This document shows positions 40,621 through 52,936 of a stretch of DNA of 64,000 bases, one piece after another (positions within the stretch are counted from its first letter, which is position 1; every line of letters starts with the position of its first letter). Below the pieces are notes generated by a model, which saw nothing but the letters and a program-made list of their open reading frames with translations, was not told where the DNA came from and made no database searches. The DNA is taken from the NCBI GenBank assembly GCA_026770705.1, contig JANJGN010000007.1, positions 179,366,001 to 179,430,000 on the forward strand. Reading direction: 5' to 3'. Origin of the DNA: Isurus oxyrinchus. Lineage: Eukaryota. The translations under genes were made by a program, and so were the position numbers.

Positions 40621-41839
40621 GAAATACCTAACCATCCCTTGAATAAATCTGCCTCCAATACCCTTCCCACAGAACCTTGCAAAGTGCTAATTACTCTGGG
40701 CAAGCACTTAAACAACATGTGTCCTCAATTGACCTTCCACCAGTTTTAGCCAGTTCCCATTATTCTAATTCACTTTGGTCTAAAAATATAATGCATTTTG
40801 ATGTACTTCACACTTAAAAATCCATCAATCTATATGTACAGCTCCTGTGGAATGTAAATGGTATAATATGTTGCATTACTTGAACAGGAACATGATTTCA
40901 GATAGGAACATAAGAGCAGCAGTAGAACATTCAACCCGTCAAGCTGCTATTCGGTGCAATAAGATCATGGATGATCTGCATCCGGACTCCATTTACCTGC
41001 TATACTCCATATCCCTTGATATCATTCAAAGAACAACTACTTATATGGATTTATATAGTGTTTTTAAATATTATAAAATATTCCAAAGCACTTCACAGAG
41101 ACACTATGAAACAAAATATGACACTGAAACACACAAGGAGATTAGGGCAGATAACCAAAAGGCTGGCCAAAAAGAGGCAGATTTTAGGTATGCCTAACAA
41201 AATATTATATGTCTCAGTCTTGAAAGTATTAATTGTCAGAGAAACCACAGCCCTTTCAGTCAGAGTTCCAGATTTCCAGGGCCATTTGTGTGCCCAGCTC
41301 TAATTTTAATATGCCTCCTTGTTCTGGACTCCTCCAGCACAGCAAATAGTTTTTCTGTGTCTATTCTATCAAATCCTATTATCATTTTTAACACCTCAAT
41401 TAGATCACCCCTTAATCTTCTAAACTGAAGAGAATACAAGTTTATGCTCCACTAAGGCTATGGTGAAATTGAACAAAGATCCTCCCATCCACACAATTTG
41501 TGCGCCCCTATCTAAGTGTCATTTGAAAACTGGAAGACAAATAATGGAAATTGTTTTAGAAATGACTTTTCATTGGGAAGGGAAAAAATGAAAATTAGTT
41601 TCATTTTCATCACAATGCCATCTTATGTACATTAGATAAATTTTCATATTATGATTTTCAATGTTGCATTTTGCAAATGTAGGTGAACAAAAATGGGTTT
41701 GTTAAACACCTATTCTTGAAAACATTACCTCTATAAAATTGCTAAAGATGACTGTTGCCTGCTTTATGATGAAGCTGACCATTTGCCTAATGTTGCCAAA
41801 TAAAGAAATATCCATTTCACCAAGCAGCATTGGGATTCT

Positions 41840-41933
41840 GTCGAAGGGTCATGAGGACTCGAAACGTCAACTCTTTTCTTCTCCGCCGATGCTGCCAGAC
41901 CTGCTGAGTTTTTCCAGGTAATTCTGTTTTTGT
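41840..41933 (+). mobile_element. Penelope-like 3' fragment with 10-bp TSD and hammerhead-like core
   Basis: TSD TTGGGATTCT at 41830-41839 and 41934-41943; CTGTCGAAGGGTCATGAGGACTCGAAACGTCAAC begins at 41838. Confidence 0.75.
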
Positions 41934-41984
41934 TTGGGATTCTACAGTTGGTTTCATCATCAGTATTAATTAGTGATTTTTTTT

Positions 41985-42280
41985 TCAAAGAAAAGTACAG
42001 CACAGGAACAAGCCCTTCAGCCCTCCAAGCCTGCGCCAATCATATTGCCCGTCAACTAAAACATTTTGCACTTCCGGGGTCTGTATTCCTCTATTCCCAT
42101 CCTATTCATGTATTTGTCAAGCTGCCTCTTAAACACCACTATCGTACCTGCTTCCACCACCTCCTCTGGCAGCGAATTCCAGACACTCACTACCCTCTGC
42201 GTAAAAAACTTGCCCCGTACATCTCCTCTACAGTTTTCTCCTCTCACCTTAAATCTATGTCCCCTAGTAATTGACTCTTC
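41985..42280 (-). mobile_element. CR1 3' fragment
   Basis: ITRGHRFKVRG..KFFTQRVVSVWNSLP. Confidence 0.85.
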
Positions 42281-43467
42281 TCTTGTTCCATTCCTAGTCC
42301 TAGTCCCATTCAAACATCACCCCAGACATAAATTAGCTCCCAGTCTAGCAATGCTTTGAATTTAAACTTCTTATCCTTCGAAGATTCTCTAAAAGTTTGC
42401 TAAGATGTTACAATTACTTTTATTATTGCTCATTACTCTCTGTTCCCATTACTGTCTGTCCCCATTACTCAGAGTCCTTATTACTCTCAGTCACAATTAC
42501 TCCTCATGTCTATCCCTCCCTTCCCGCATTATTCTCTGCCACATTTGCCACTGTCCCTATTACTCCCAGTTCCTACAAGCTGCCTCATTACTCTCCGTCC
42601 CTATTACCCCCATTGTCTGCTGCTCTCTGTCCCTATTATTCCCAACCCCAATTACTTTCTGTCCCTATCACACACTACCTCCATTACTCCCTGTACATGT
42701 TATGTTCCGCTCCATTATCCCGTACCCCTGACTCTTGCCACAATACTCACTGCCCCCAGTGCCTAATCCCTACTGTACCTCTGCCCCATTGCTCACATTA
42801 TCTATAATTGCATCCCTATAATTCCCAATCCCAGTCACCTCATGTTCCTATTACCCCTAGTTCCTATTACTCCCTACCCCCATTACTCACGGTTCATAGT
42901 AGCTCCTGTCCCTATTACTCCCTATCGCTATTAAACTCTGCCTCTATAACTCCCCATTCCTATTATCCTCATTTCTGTTACCTCTACCCCTATCACCCCA
43001 ATTCTATTACTCCTTGCCCCATAATTCCCCGTTACTTGCTGCTCCTCTTACCTATGCTCCATTAACTCATCCCTATTAAGCCGTATTCCTATTGCCTCCA
43101 CTCTATTAGCCCTTATTTCTATTACACTCTGCCCATCACCCATTATTCCAATTCCCCCATTTTTATGACACCCTATCACTCTGGCCCTGACTCAATTACT
43201 CGCTTCCCCTATCACTCCCTGCCCCTATTTCCCTCTGCTTCATTATCCCCTGCCCCTTTTACTCTTTGTCCCAATGATCTTCTGCCCCTGTTACCCTCTG
43301 CCCCAATGACCCTTAGCTCCGATGACCCTGAGCCTCTATTACTTCCTGCCCTATTACCGTCTGCCCCTATTACCCTCTGTACCTATTATTCCCTGCGCCT
43401 GTTACCCTCTGCCCCTGTTACTCCCTTGCCTTATTACTCTCTGGCCCGTTACTCCTTGCCCCTATTA

Positions 43468-44853
43468 CAGAATCACACAGTGCAGAAGAGGCCCTTCGGC
43501 CCATCGAGTCTGCACTGACACGTGAGAAACACCAGACCCACCTCCCTAATCCCATTCACCAGAACTTGGCCCATAGCCTTGAATGTTATGACATGCCAAG
43601 TGCTCATCCAGGTACTTTTTAAAGGATGTGAGGCAACCCGCCTTCACCACCCTCCCAGGCAGTGCATTCCAGACCGTCACCACCCTCTGGGTAAAAAAGC
43701 TTTTCCTCACATCCCCCCTAAACCTCCTGCCCCTCACCTTGAACTTATGCCCCCTTGTGACTGACCCTTCAACTAAGAGGAACAGCTGCTCCCTATCCGC
43801 CCTGTCCATGCCCCTCATAATCTTGTACACCTCGATCAGGTCACCCCTCAGTCTTCTCTGCTCCAACAAAAACAACCCAAGTCTATCCAACCTCTCTTCA
43901 TAACTTAAATGTTTCATCCCAGGCAACATCCTGGTGAATCTCCTCTGCACCCCCTCCAGTGCAATCACATCCTTCCTATAATGTGGCGACCAGAACTGCA
44001 CACAGTACTCCAGCTGTGGCCTCACCAAGGTTCTATACAACTCCAACATGATCTCCCTAATTTTGTAATCTATGCCTCGATTGATAAAGGCAAGTGTCTC
44101 ATATGCCTTTTTCACCACCCCACCTACGTGGCCCTCTGCCTTCAGAGATCTATGGACACACACGCTAAGATCCCATTGTTCCTCAGAACTTCCTGGTGTC
44201 ATGCCCTTCATTGAATACTTCCTTGTCAAATTACTCCTTCCAAAGTGTATCACCTCACACTTTTCAGGGTTAAATTCCATCTGCCACTTATCTGCTCATT
44301 TGACCATCCCGTCTATATCTTCCTGTAGCCCAAGATACTCAACCTCACTGTCAACCACCCGGCCAATCTTTGTGTCATCCGCAAATTTACTAATCCAACC
44401 CCCCAAGATAGTCATCTATGTCATTTATATAAATGATGAATAGGGGACCCAGCACAGATGCCTGTGGTACGCCACTGGACACTGGCTTCCAGTCACTAAA
44501 GCATCCTTCTGTCATCACTCTCTGTCTCCTACAACTAAGCCAATTTTGAATCCGCCTTATCAAATTACCCTGTAAACCATGTGCATTTGCCTTCTTTATA
44601 AGTCTCCCATGTGGGAGGCTTTGTCAAAGGCTTTGCTGAAATCCATATAAACTACATCAACTGCACTACCCTCATCTACATATCTCCTCAAAAAGTTCAA
44701 TCAAATTTGTTAGGCATGATTTCCCTCTGACAAAGCTATGCTGATTATCCCTGATCAAACCTTGCCTCTCCAAGTGGAGATAGATTCTCTCCTTCAGAAT
44801 TTTCTCCAATAGTTTCCCTACCACTGACGTGAGACTCACTGGTCTGTAGTTCC
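43468..44853 (-). mobile_element. CR1 LINE inserted in the minisatellite
   Basis: 244-aa ORF MEFNPEKCEVIHFG..LVRPQLEYCVQFWSP; GNYRPVSLTSVVGKLLE. Confidence 0.9.
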
Positions 44854-45221
44854 CTTTTACTCTGTTCCAATTACTCCTTATCACTGCTGTCCCATTATCC
44901 TCTGCCCATATTACCCTCTGCGTCTATTAGTCTCTACGCTTATTACTCTCTTCTCAATTACTCCTGACACCTATTACTCCCTGCCCCTATTACTCCCTAT
45001 CTTTGTTACCCTCTGACTCAATACTCCCCATACCTATTACTCTATCCCTATGATTCCCAATCACAGTTACCTTATGTTCCTATTACTCCTAGTTCCTATT
45101 ACTCCCTACCACCACTACCCACTGTTGCTGTTACTGTCTGCCCCCATTACACCCTAACTGTATAACTCTCTGCCTCCATAACTCCATATCCCTATTACCC
45201 CCACTCTTATTACTCCGTGCC

Positions 45222-45887
45222 CCTAATTGCCCTTGAGAAGGTGGTGTTGAGCTGCCTTCTTGAAATGCTGCAGTCCATGTGCTGCAGGTACACAAACAGT
45301 GCTGTTAGGGAGGGAGTTCCAGGATTTTGACCCAGCGACAGTGAACAAACGGCAATATATTTCCAAGTCAGGCTGGTGTGTTGGTTGGAGGGGAACTTGC
45401 AGGTGGTGGTGTTCCCATCTATCTGTTGCCTTTGTCCTTCTAGATGGTAGAGGTCGAGGGTTTGAAAGGTGCTGTCTAAGGAGCTTTTGTGAGTTGCTGC
45501 AGTGCACCTTTTATATGGTACACATTGCTACCACTGTGTGTCGGTGGTCGAGGGAGTGAATTTTTAACGTGGTGGATGGGCTGCCAATCAAGCGGGCTGC
45601 TTTGTCCTGGATGGTGTTGAGCTTCTTGAGTGTTGCTGGAGCTGCACTCATCCAGGAAAGTGGGGAGTATTCCATCACACTCCTGACTTGTGACTTGTAG
45701 ATGGTGGACCGATTTTGGGGAGTCAGGAGGTGAGTTACCTCATTGCAGGATTCCTAGCCTTTGACCTGCTCTTTTAACCACAGTATTTATATGGCTGGTC
45801 CAGTTCAGTTTCTGGTCAATGGTAACCTCCAGGATGTTGATAGTGGGGGATTCAGCAATGGTAATGCGATTGAAAGTCAAGGGGAGA
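45222..45887 (-). mobile_element. LINE family B 3' fragment inserted in the minisatellite
   Basis: HCSNSQKLLRQHL..HHLLKGN. Confidence 0.85.
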
Positions 45888-47409
45888 TATGACTCCTTAT
45901 TACTCCTCTGTTCCTATTAACCTCTGTTTCTATTACTTCCTGCCTGTTACTTTCTGTACATATTACCTCTTATTACTCCCTTCCCCAATTCCTCTCTGCT
46001 CCTTTTACCCTCTTCCCCTATTACTCCCTGCCCCCATCATTCCCTGCCCTTGTTACTCTCTGCCCTATTACTCTCTACCCATTAAACTCTGCCCCAATGA
46101 CCCTCTTCCTATATTACTCCCTGCCCCCATTACCCTCTACCCTATGACTCCCTGCCTGTTACTCTCTGCCCCATTACTCCCTACCCCATTACTCTCTGCC
46201 CCATTATTCCTTGTCACTCTCTGCCTCTGTTAATCCCACAGTTATTATCTGACTCTATCATGCCATCCCCCTATTATTCCCTATCCCTGTTACCCTTTGC
46301 CCCAATACTCCCAACCTCCAATATTCTCTGCTCCTATTAGTACCTGCTTATGTTACTCCCTGTGCCTATACTCTCTGCCCCATTGCTCCCTACCATTATT
46401 ACTATCTGCCCCATTACTCCCTACCCCATTACGTTCTGCCCTATTACTCCCTACCCAGTTACTCTCTGCCCCATTACTCCCTAACCCTTTTACACTCTGC
46501 CTGTATTACTCCCTTCCCCTGTTACCCCCTCCCCTCTTACTCTGTGCCTCTATGATCCTCTTTCCCTATTACTCACTATCCCTCTCTGGCCTTATTACTC
46601 CCCACCCTGTTACTCTCTGGCCTATAACTCTCTACCCCATTATTCTCTGCCCTTATTTCTTGCTGTTGCTGCCCCCAATTAATACTTGTTGCTGTTACTC
46701 TCTGCCCCTATTACACCCTATCCCTGTTACTCTCTGCCCCATTACTCTGAGCCCCTATTACTCCCTACCTTTGTTACCCTCTCCTCCTATTACTCTCTAC
46801 CCATGTTACTCAGTCCTTATTTCTCCCTGTTCCTGTTACTCCCTGACCCTATTACTCCCTGTTACTCTCTGGCCCTATTACTCCCTACCCCATTACTCTC
46901 TGCCCTGTTACTCTTTGTCCTTATTTTTCGCTGTTACTACCTCCAATTACTACTTGTCGCTGTTACTCTCTGCCCCTATTACACTCTACCCCTGTTACTC
47001 TGCCTCATTATTATGTGGCCCATTATTCTAAGCCTCTATTACTCCCTACCCATGTTACTCTCTTTATTACTCTCTACAAATGTCATTCAGTCCTTATTTC
47101 TCCCCGTTCCTGTTACTCCCTGTCCCTATTACTCCCTGATGCTCTGCCCCATTACTCCCTGTCTGTTACTCCCTACCCATGTTACTCTCTACCCAAATTA
47201 CTCTTTGCCCCATTACTCCCTATCCCTGTTACGCTCTCCCCATTACTCCCACCCCATTACTCTCTGTCTCTAATTCTCCCCACTCCATTACTTTCAGCCT
47301 CTTTTACTCCCCACCCCGTTACTTTCAGCCTCTATTACTCCCTACCCCTATTACTCTATAATACTCCTGGCCCTGTGGCTGTGCTACATTGTCTCCCTGG
47401 CAATTCTGG

Positions 47410-48030
47410 TCACGCGGTTACCCGTCCTGCTCCGCGCGCGCCGGAGGGGGGGCCCCCCCCGGCGTAGAGGGAGAGGGGGGAGGGGTTAGTGCTCAGGGCC
47501 GCGCATGCGCGGCCGGGAAGCGGAGGAAGATGGCGGCGGGTTCGGACCCGCTGGAGGACCTGCTCCTGTCAGAGGTGGACGAGAAAGCGGTCAGCGACCT
47601 GGTCGGATCGCTGGAGTCGCAGTTGGCCGGCCGGGCAGCCGGGGCAGTCCTGCAGGGAGAGGGGAGGCTCGGCCCGGTGGGCGGCAGCGTCTCCTCCGAC
47701 GGACAGCGGCGAGCCGGCAGGATGGCGCCATCGCCGCTCGGGGAGAAAGCAGCGGCTCCCGTTCCGGCCTCCGGCTTCGGGCAGGAGGCAGCCGCTGGGC
47801 CCGGCCTCAGTCAGCGAGCAGCCTCCGCCAGCGAGCTCCGCCCAGCTCCCGCCAACAGCTTCCCCTTCTCGGACACCTCGGCGGCCGGAGCCCGGGCCTC
47901 AGGTGCAGCGACCCTGGGGACCGGCCGCCCCCCTCAGTCCTACCGGCCGCCGCCGCCTCCAACTCCTCCTTCCCCCTCCCCCGGCATCAGCAGCCCTGCA
48001 CCACCCTTGGGTACCACTAACCCCGGGGGT
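47410..48030 (+). promoter_or_regulatory. CpG island/promoter of the TAF4-family gene with an NRF1 site and a YY1 motif over the ATG
   Basis: CpG-dense. GCGCATGCGC (NRF1 consensus) at 47501-47510 inside an 18-bp perfect palindrome (47497-47514). AAGATGGCGGC overlaps the start codon. Confidence 0.78.
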
Positions 48031-49006
48031 AGAGTCCCTCCCTCTCCCCTGGGCTTGGTGACAACCACCGAGCCCCCGGTGTTGAACCACTTGCCCGCAT
48101 CATGCAAAACTCCCCGACCCCCGCCTCAGGTTGTCAATGGGGTGGTGACAAACTGCAACTCCCCTGCTATAAGTACTGCTTTGCAGCTCTCCACTGGAAT
48201 CCCCTCTGGTACCTGTAACCATCTCCCCACCTCTGGAGCTGCCAGTACTTTTGGTTCCAGTGCTCTTACTGTCCCCACCACCACCACCACCACCACCAGC
48301 ATCAACTCACCTTGTAACTCATCTCAGAACGGCTCCCTTAACCCTCAATTCGTCTCTGTGTCTCAGGCCAGCATCCTAATGGATAGCGCCAGTACCCCTA
48401 CCATCACCTTGCAAAGACCGCCAATGCACACTGTAATTGCCAGCAATGTTTTGAGCACTACGCTGTCACAAAATGGGCATTCCAATGTGAATGCACCTGG
48501 ACTGCTGCAGGTTGGGGAAAAGGCAGGCATCCATCAAGGTGCAACAGTGACACAATTGGCTAATCAGATTGCTGTTGTCAGTAGTCCAATTTCCAGCCCC
48601 ACATCCACCAATACAAACGCTACGTCACAGACAAAGCTTGTTCTGCACACTCAATCTCAGCCTGTTACACTCAGTCTATTGAACAACCCAGCTGCTTCTA
48701 TCACTATGACCAACACTTCAAGCAATCAGCTAAAATGCACAGTCACTAACTCTCTGCCTGTAGCCAGCGTCCCAGTCAGCATCAATGCTGTGGCAAAGTC
48801 TGCAGTCAACATGATCGCACAGCCCCATGTCGGAATCACAAAGGTCGTCACATCTACACCTGGTATCATCCATGCATCTGCCACTCAATCACAGCCTCCT
48901 CGATCTGGGATAGGTCCACCCCACCGTATTGTTACCCCACAGCTTATCATCCGCCCACAACAACAACCGACAGTGCAGCTTGCTTCTGGGTTCACCATCC
49001 CACCAG
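47530..49006 (+). CDS. TAF4: TAF4-family (TFIID subunit 4 / TAF4-like) first coding exon, 492 aa low-complexity N-terminus
   Basis: Kozak-context ATG (AAGATGGCG). MAAGSDPLEDLLLSEVDEKAVSDLVGSLESQLA resembles the TAF4 N-terminal motif. A P/A/S/T-rich region follows, ending ..RPQQQPTVQLASGFTIPP-G at a phase-1 donor CCAG|GTGAGT, analogous to TAF4 ..FQLPPG. Family assignment is firm; paralog identity is uncertain. Exon 2 was not found in the window. Confidence 0.88.
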
Positions 49007-50649
49007 GTGAGTGCTGTTGAAAGCACAGGACCAATGAGTCTAAACTCTGAGTACACCATGAGTGAGGAGGTCACACCTGTGCAAATCAAGTTATTTTGAT
49101 TGTAGCTGTGTTCTCTGTACATGAGCAACTAGTTACATGTGACTAATTGTATTACTGGTTAAGTAAACATAAAGTGTCTATGTTGTTGCTGGGCAAGCGA
49201 CTTTAATATTCATATTCACATATCAGTAACTTGCATTTATTTATTATGTTTAACTTTGTAAAAATGTGAGCTGTGTACTTGAAACATTTTTTTCTTAAAA
49301 TTTGTAAAATGTTTTTGATGGTTTAGTACTTGGTTACTGAATGGTGGTTGATGTTTAATAAATGTACACAAGGAATAAATCTAGAAGTTTGCTACTAAAT
49401 TTTGTGCATGAGGCTAAGTGATGTTGCTATAGCTACTTGTATGACTTGTTAGCAATTTCTGTTGGAGAACACTTAATGTATGATTTTCCACATGCATGGT
49501 TTCTGCAAAATGTTCAAGGAGTAAGATTTAAATGTGCAATATTGTATTGTTTAATTTCCACAAGTTGTGACATTTTTGCTGTTAGTGACATTGGACATGA
49601 AGAAACTACCAGTGAGATCCCACAACACCACTCCACTCCATCCAGTCCCAAAGGAAAGAACCATGCAGGCCTGCCTGTCTTTTAGCAAGATCTTTTAAGG
49701 GCCTGGAACTTGGTTGCCTCCAGGAGGAGCTCTCCTTCATCAGGCAGTGACTCTCCTGGCAGAGCCGTTACTCTGCAATCAGTACCTCCATGTGGTTGGC
49801 TGGCGGAGCACAGAGCCCAGGTTATAACATTAACCAGTGTCAGGGATTTATTGGATGAGAGATGAGTGAGTTGGATGTTGCCAGCAACATTGGCACATTG
49901 GACGTCCTGGCTCTCTGCTCTATAGCCAAAGTGATTTGAGCATTGAAGAGGATGCTTGGTCCTGACTCCACCAGGTGCATAAAGTGTGGAGTAATCTTGC
50001 TTGATCTTACCCTTGTTCTAGCTGATTTTCTCATCAGTGTGGGGCACCAACTCTCTCCCTCAGGAATCTACATCTCAGGAATCTACATATCACACCTTGA
50101 ACTGTCTCTTGGATATTCCCTCTATGCCTTTCCATTTTGTACAGAGATTTCCTCAATGAGCTGTTCCGACAGCCTCTCCACTTCTTTGCCCTCCTCTCTT
50201 GTCCGAAGACCCCTGGTGTTCTGTCATCTTCCAGTGGTCCACCTTCCATCTGTGGATCCACTCTCCCATGTGTTCTGTCACCCCCCCCCCCCCCCCGGTA
50301 ACTGAGTGTCACCATGAAGATCAAACAAAAAAGGCAGGTTAAGAGAACGACTAATAAAAACGAATTGGCCCAGCCAAACTGAAAATGCATGAGGATTATG
50401 TGCACTAATACTTTGGGTAGGATAGTCAATAAGAAGGGTAATGTCTCTAAAGCCCACTGGTTACAGAGTGGTAGATGTTGTGTGCCTGTGCTTCATGCTG
50501 CACTCTATGGTTTGGAACAGTGACAAGCAGATGAAGAAAACTCTTCTTGGCAATCCAACTTGTCCTGGACTTGTGCCGGCTACACAATGCAGGAGATCAT
50601 CTCCTCTGCTTGCCTCTTTGCAAGCCAAGGGTGATCACTGACAGGTAGT

Positions 50650-50975
50650 CACTGTTGTGATGTGGGAAATACCGCAGATGGTTTGCGCACAGCAAGATCT
50701 GACAAATAGCAATATGAGAATAACAAGATGTTGGTTGAAGGATAACTCATGGCAGGAAAATTCCTCTGCTCAGCTTCAAAATAGTGCCATGATATCTTGA
50801 CTTGATATCTGCTGAAAGGTCAGACAGGGTCTCAGTTTAGCATCTCAATTGAACAGTGACATCTCTTAAAGCACTGCACTGGGAGTGTCAGCCTCAATTT
50901 TCTGCTCAAATTTCTGGATTATGATTGATCCCAGTACCTTCCAACTCAGGTGTGAGTACGATCCACTGAGCCATG
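50650..50975 (-). mobile_element. Degenerate SINE (Deu/L2-tail type); similar copies at ~6140-6290, 28180-28575, 52490-52690 and 56730-56931
   Basis: Shared CAGCAAGATC..ACAAACAGC and CTCAGTTTAA..ATC..GAAAGAC motifs. Family naming is from recollection only. Confidence 0.5.
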
Positions 50976-52936
50976 TTTCCAACTGTTATGCCCTTGTGCA
51001 CTATTGACATTCTGCTGTTGGTTATAAGTCAGCAAACATTGGTCCTGACAATTAATCCTTTAGCGACCCAGGTAAATGCACCATTCAGTGATACAGGCCA
51101 GGAAAGTTAGTTTCCATTCCTGGTTTGAGCTGAGGCAGTAGTGGAGAAACGTTTTGTACAGCTTGCTGTTTACAGGGAGATTGTTCTCCTCTTTGCTGAA
51201 TGTTTTTGCTAAAATGGGAATCTATAGTTTAAATATCAATGGACTATTTCCACTGGAGCAGAGGAGTTTGGGAGGCTTCAGTAGAGCTCGGATAAGAGAG
51301 TAGGGAAAGCTATTTCCTTAACAAAAATAAAAATACCTGGAAAAACTCAGCAGGTCTGGCAGCATCAGCGGAGAGGAACACAGTGAACATTTCAAGTATG
51401 TATATTCTCATTGGGGTATCAGCGAAGAAGGTTAAATTACAAATTATCGCTCAAAGAGTGGTAAAGAGAAATTTATCTACATGGTTATTGGAGCATGAAA
51501 CACTTGGTAATTTGGAGTGGTAAAACAGACTTCATTGCATTTTTTAATAGAAAATCTTATAATGAAGCAGAGGAAGATGCAGGCCTATGGGGGGAAGCCG
51601 TGGTGGGGTGGAGGGATTGGTTTAGGATTGCTCTAACAAAGCGGTGGTGCAGGCATGATGGGCCAAATGGTCCCCTGAACTGTAATCTTCTGTGGTTTCG
51701 ATGGAATGATCACAGTGCCCCTGGTCTGGGAAAGGGTCAGTTTCTTGTCACCATCCATTGTGGATGTCAGTAGAAGACAAAACTGTTGTTGGTTCTAATC
51801 CCCCTATGAGTGGATAGTGTGCTGATCTGTTGTGGCGAAAGCTTGCACAGTAGAAGGACCCCACTTTTTTGAGGTGCTGGAGGGCTCCTGCTATTGTGGG
51901 TGGAATTACCTGCCATAAGACAGTATGTAATTCATTTCAATGATAGCAAGGCAGTGGTGTCTGGTGACAAAAAAATGAAAAAGTCTCTCCACTTTGCATT
52001 TATCTGAGAACCAGAGTGATCCACATCCTGTAATCTATTTCACAGCTTCAGTGACAGTTATAAACTGCATGAAAGTACTTGGAGATCATTTGAACTTGTT
52101 GGTTAAATTATTGCTTTGTACACTCCCAGCTCTGTAACATGTACAAAACATACTGGAAAATGTAGCGCCTGCATAAAGGAAACACCCTCGTATATCTCTG
52201 CTTTCAGGGTTGTAACGGATGTATTTTGCTTTATGCCAAGGTCAATTTGTAATTCGGCACAGTGAGGTTGAAGTTTGGAAAAAAATTTCAGTGGAACGAA
52301 TGGCAGCAAGTTACAAATCTGAAATGTGATCTCTATTTATTGCTTCTAAAACTTGTAAGAGCAGTGTCTGAACTGTGAACTGTTAGTTTTTCTGTTTGCT
52401 TTTTCTGTATTTGTTTACAAAAATGGTTTCTGGGGTTTGGATTCATGTTTGGAAATTAAGGCAAATTGCGGATGTAAACAGAGCAAACATTATCAGCTTG
52501 ACTCAGCGGCAGCCACCTTACCTCTAAGTCAGAAGGTTGTGGATTTAAGCCCCACTCTATGACTGAACACATAATCTAGGCTGATATACCAAGCAGCGTT
52601 ATTGTGCACAAACAGGCTGTCACGTTTGCCTACAAAACAACTAATTGGCTGTGAAGCGCTGTGGGCTTTTCTTAGTACGTGATCAGACATTTTTTTACTT
52701 CAGCTTCACTAAAGCTGATCTTGCCTAGAGATGTATCACAGTATAACATAATATTTCAAAAGTTGTGGGTCACAGGCCTGAGTTGTGAAAATTCTAGCCA
52801 TTGCGGTAAATGTTGACTAAAAGTGCATTCTGTTGAGCTGTTCTTGATGGATAAACCGTAGCAGCAACACACTTTTTAATTTGGTGACTGTCTCCAGGAA
52901 GTTTGAATTGTTTTGGAATGATTGTCCAACTCTTGA

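Larger units (their letters stand above)
42400..47370. repeat. Degenerate C/T-rich minisatellite (~13-14 bp units such as CCCTATTACTCCCT and CCCATTACTCTCTG)
   Basis: Very many ATTACTC/TTACTCCC cores and very few G on the + strand; interrupted by two LINEs; ends about 160 bp upstream of the TAF4-family ATG. Confidence 0.88.

Noticed and set aside
42397-47467. Long P/L/Y/C-rich ORFs (up to 244 aa)
   Set aside because: Translations of the minisatellite, open in several frames because G-poor sequence has few stop codons.
47389-47529. Upstream in-frame extension of the 543-aa ORF
   Set aside because: It starts at TTG in promoter sequence; TAF4 homology and the Kozak ATG begin at 47530. The ORF tail ECC* is intron read-through.
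47489-48090. Overlapping alternative-frame ORFs in TAF4-like exon 1
   Set aside because: Expected shadow ORFs in a GC-rich CpG island.
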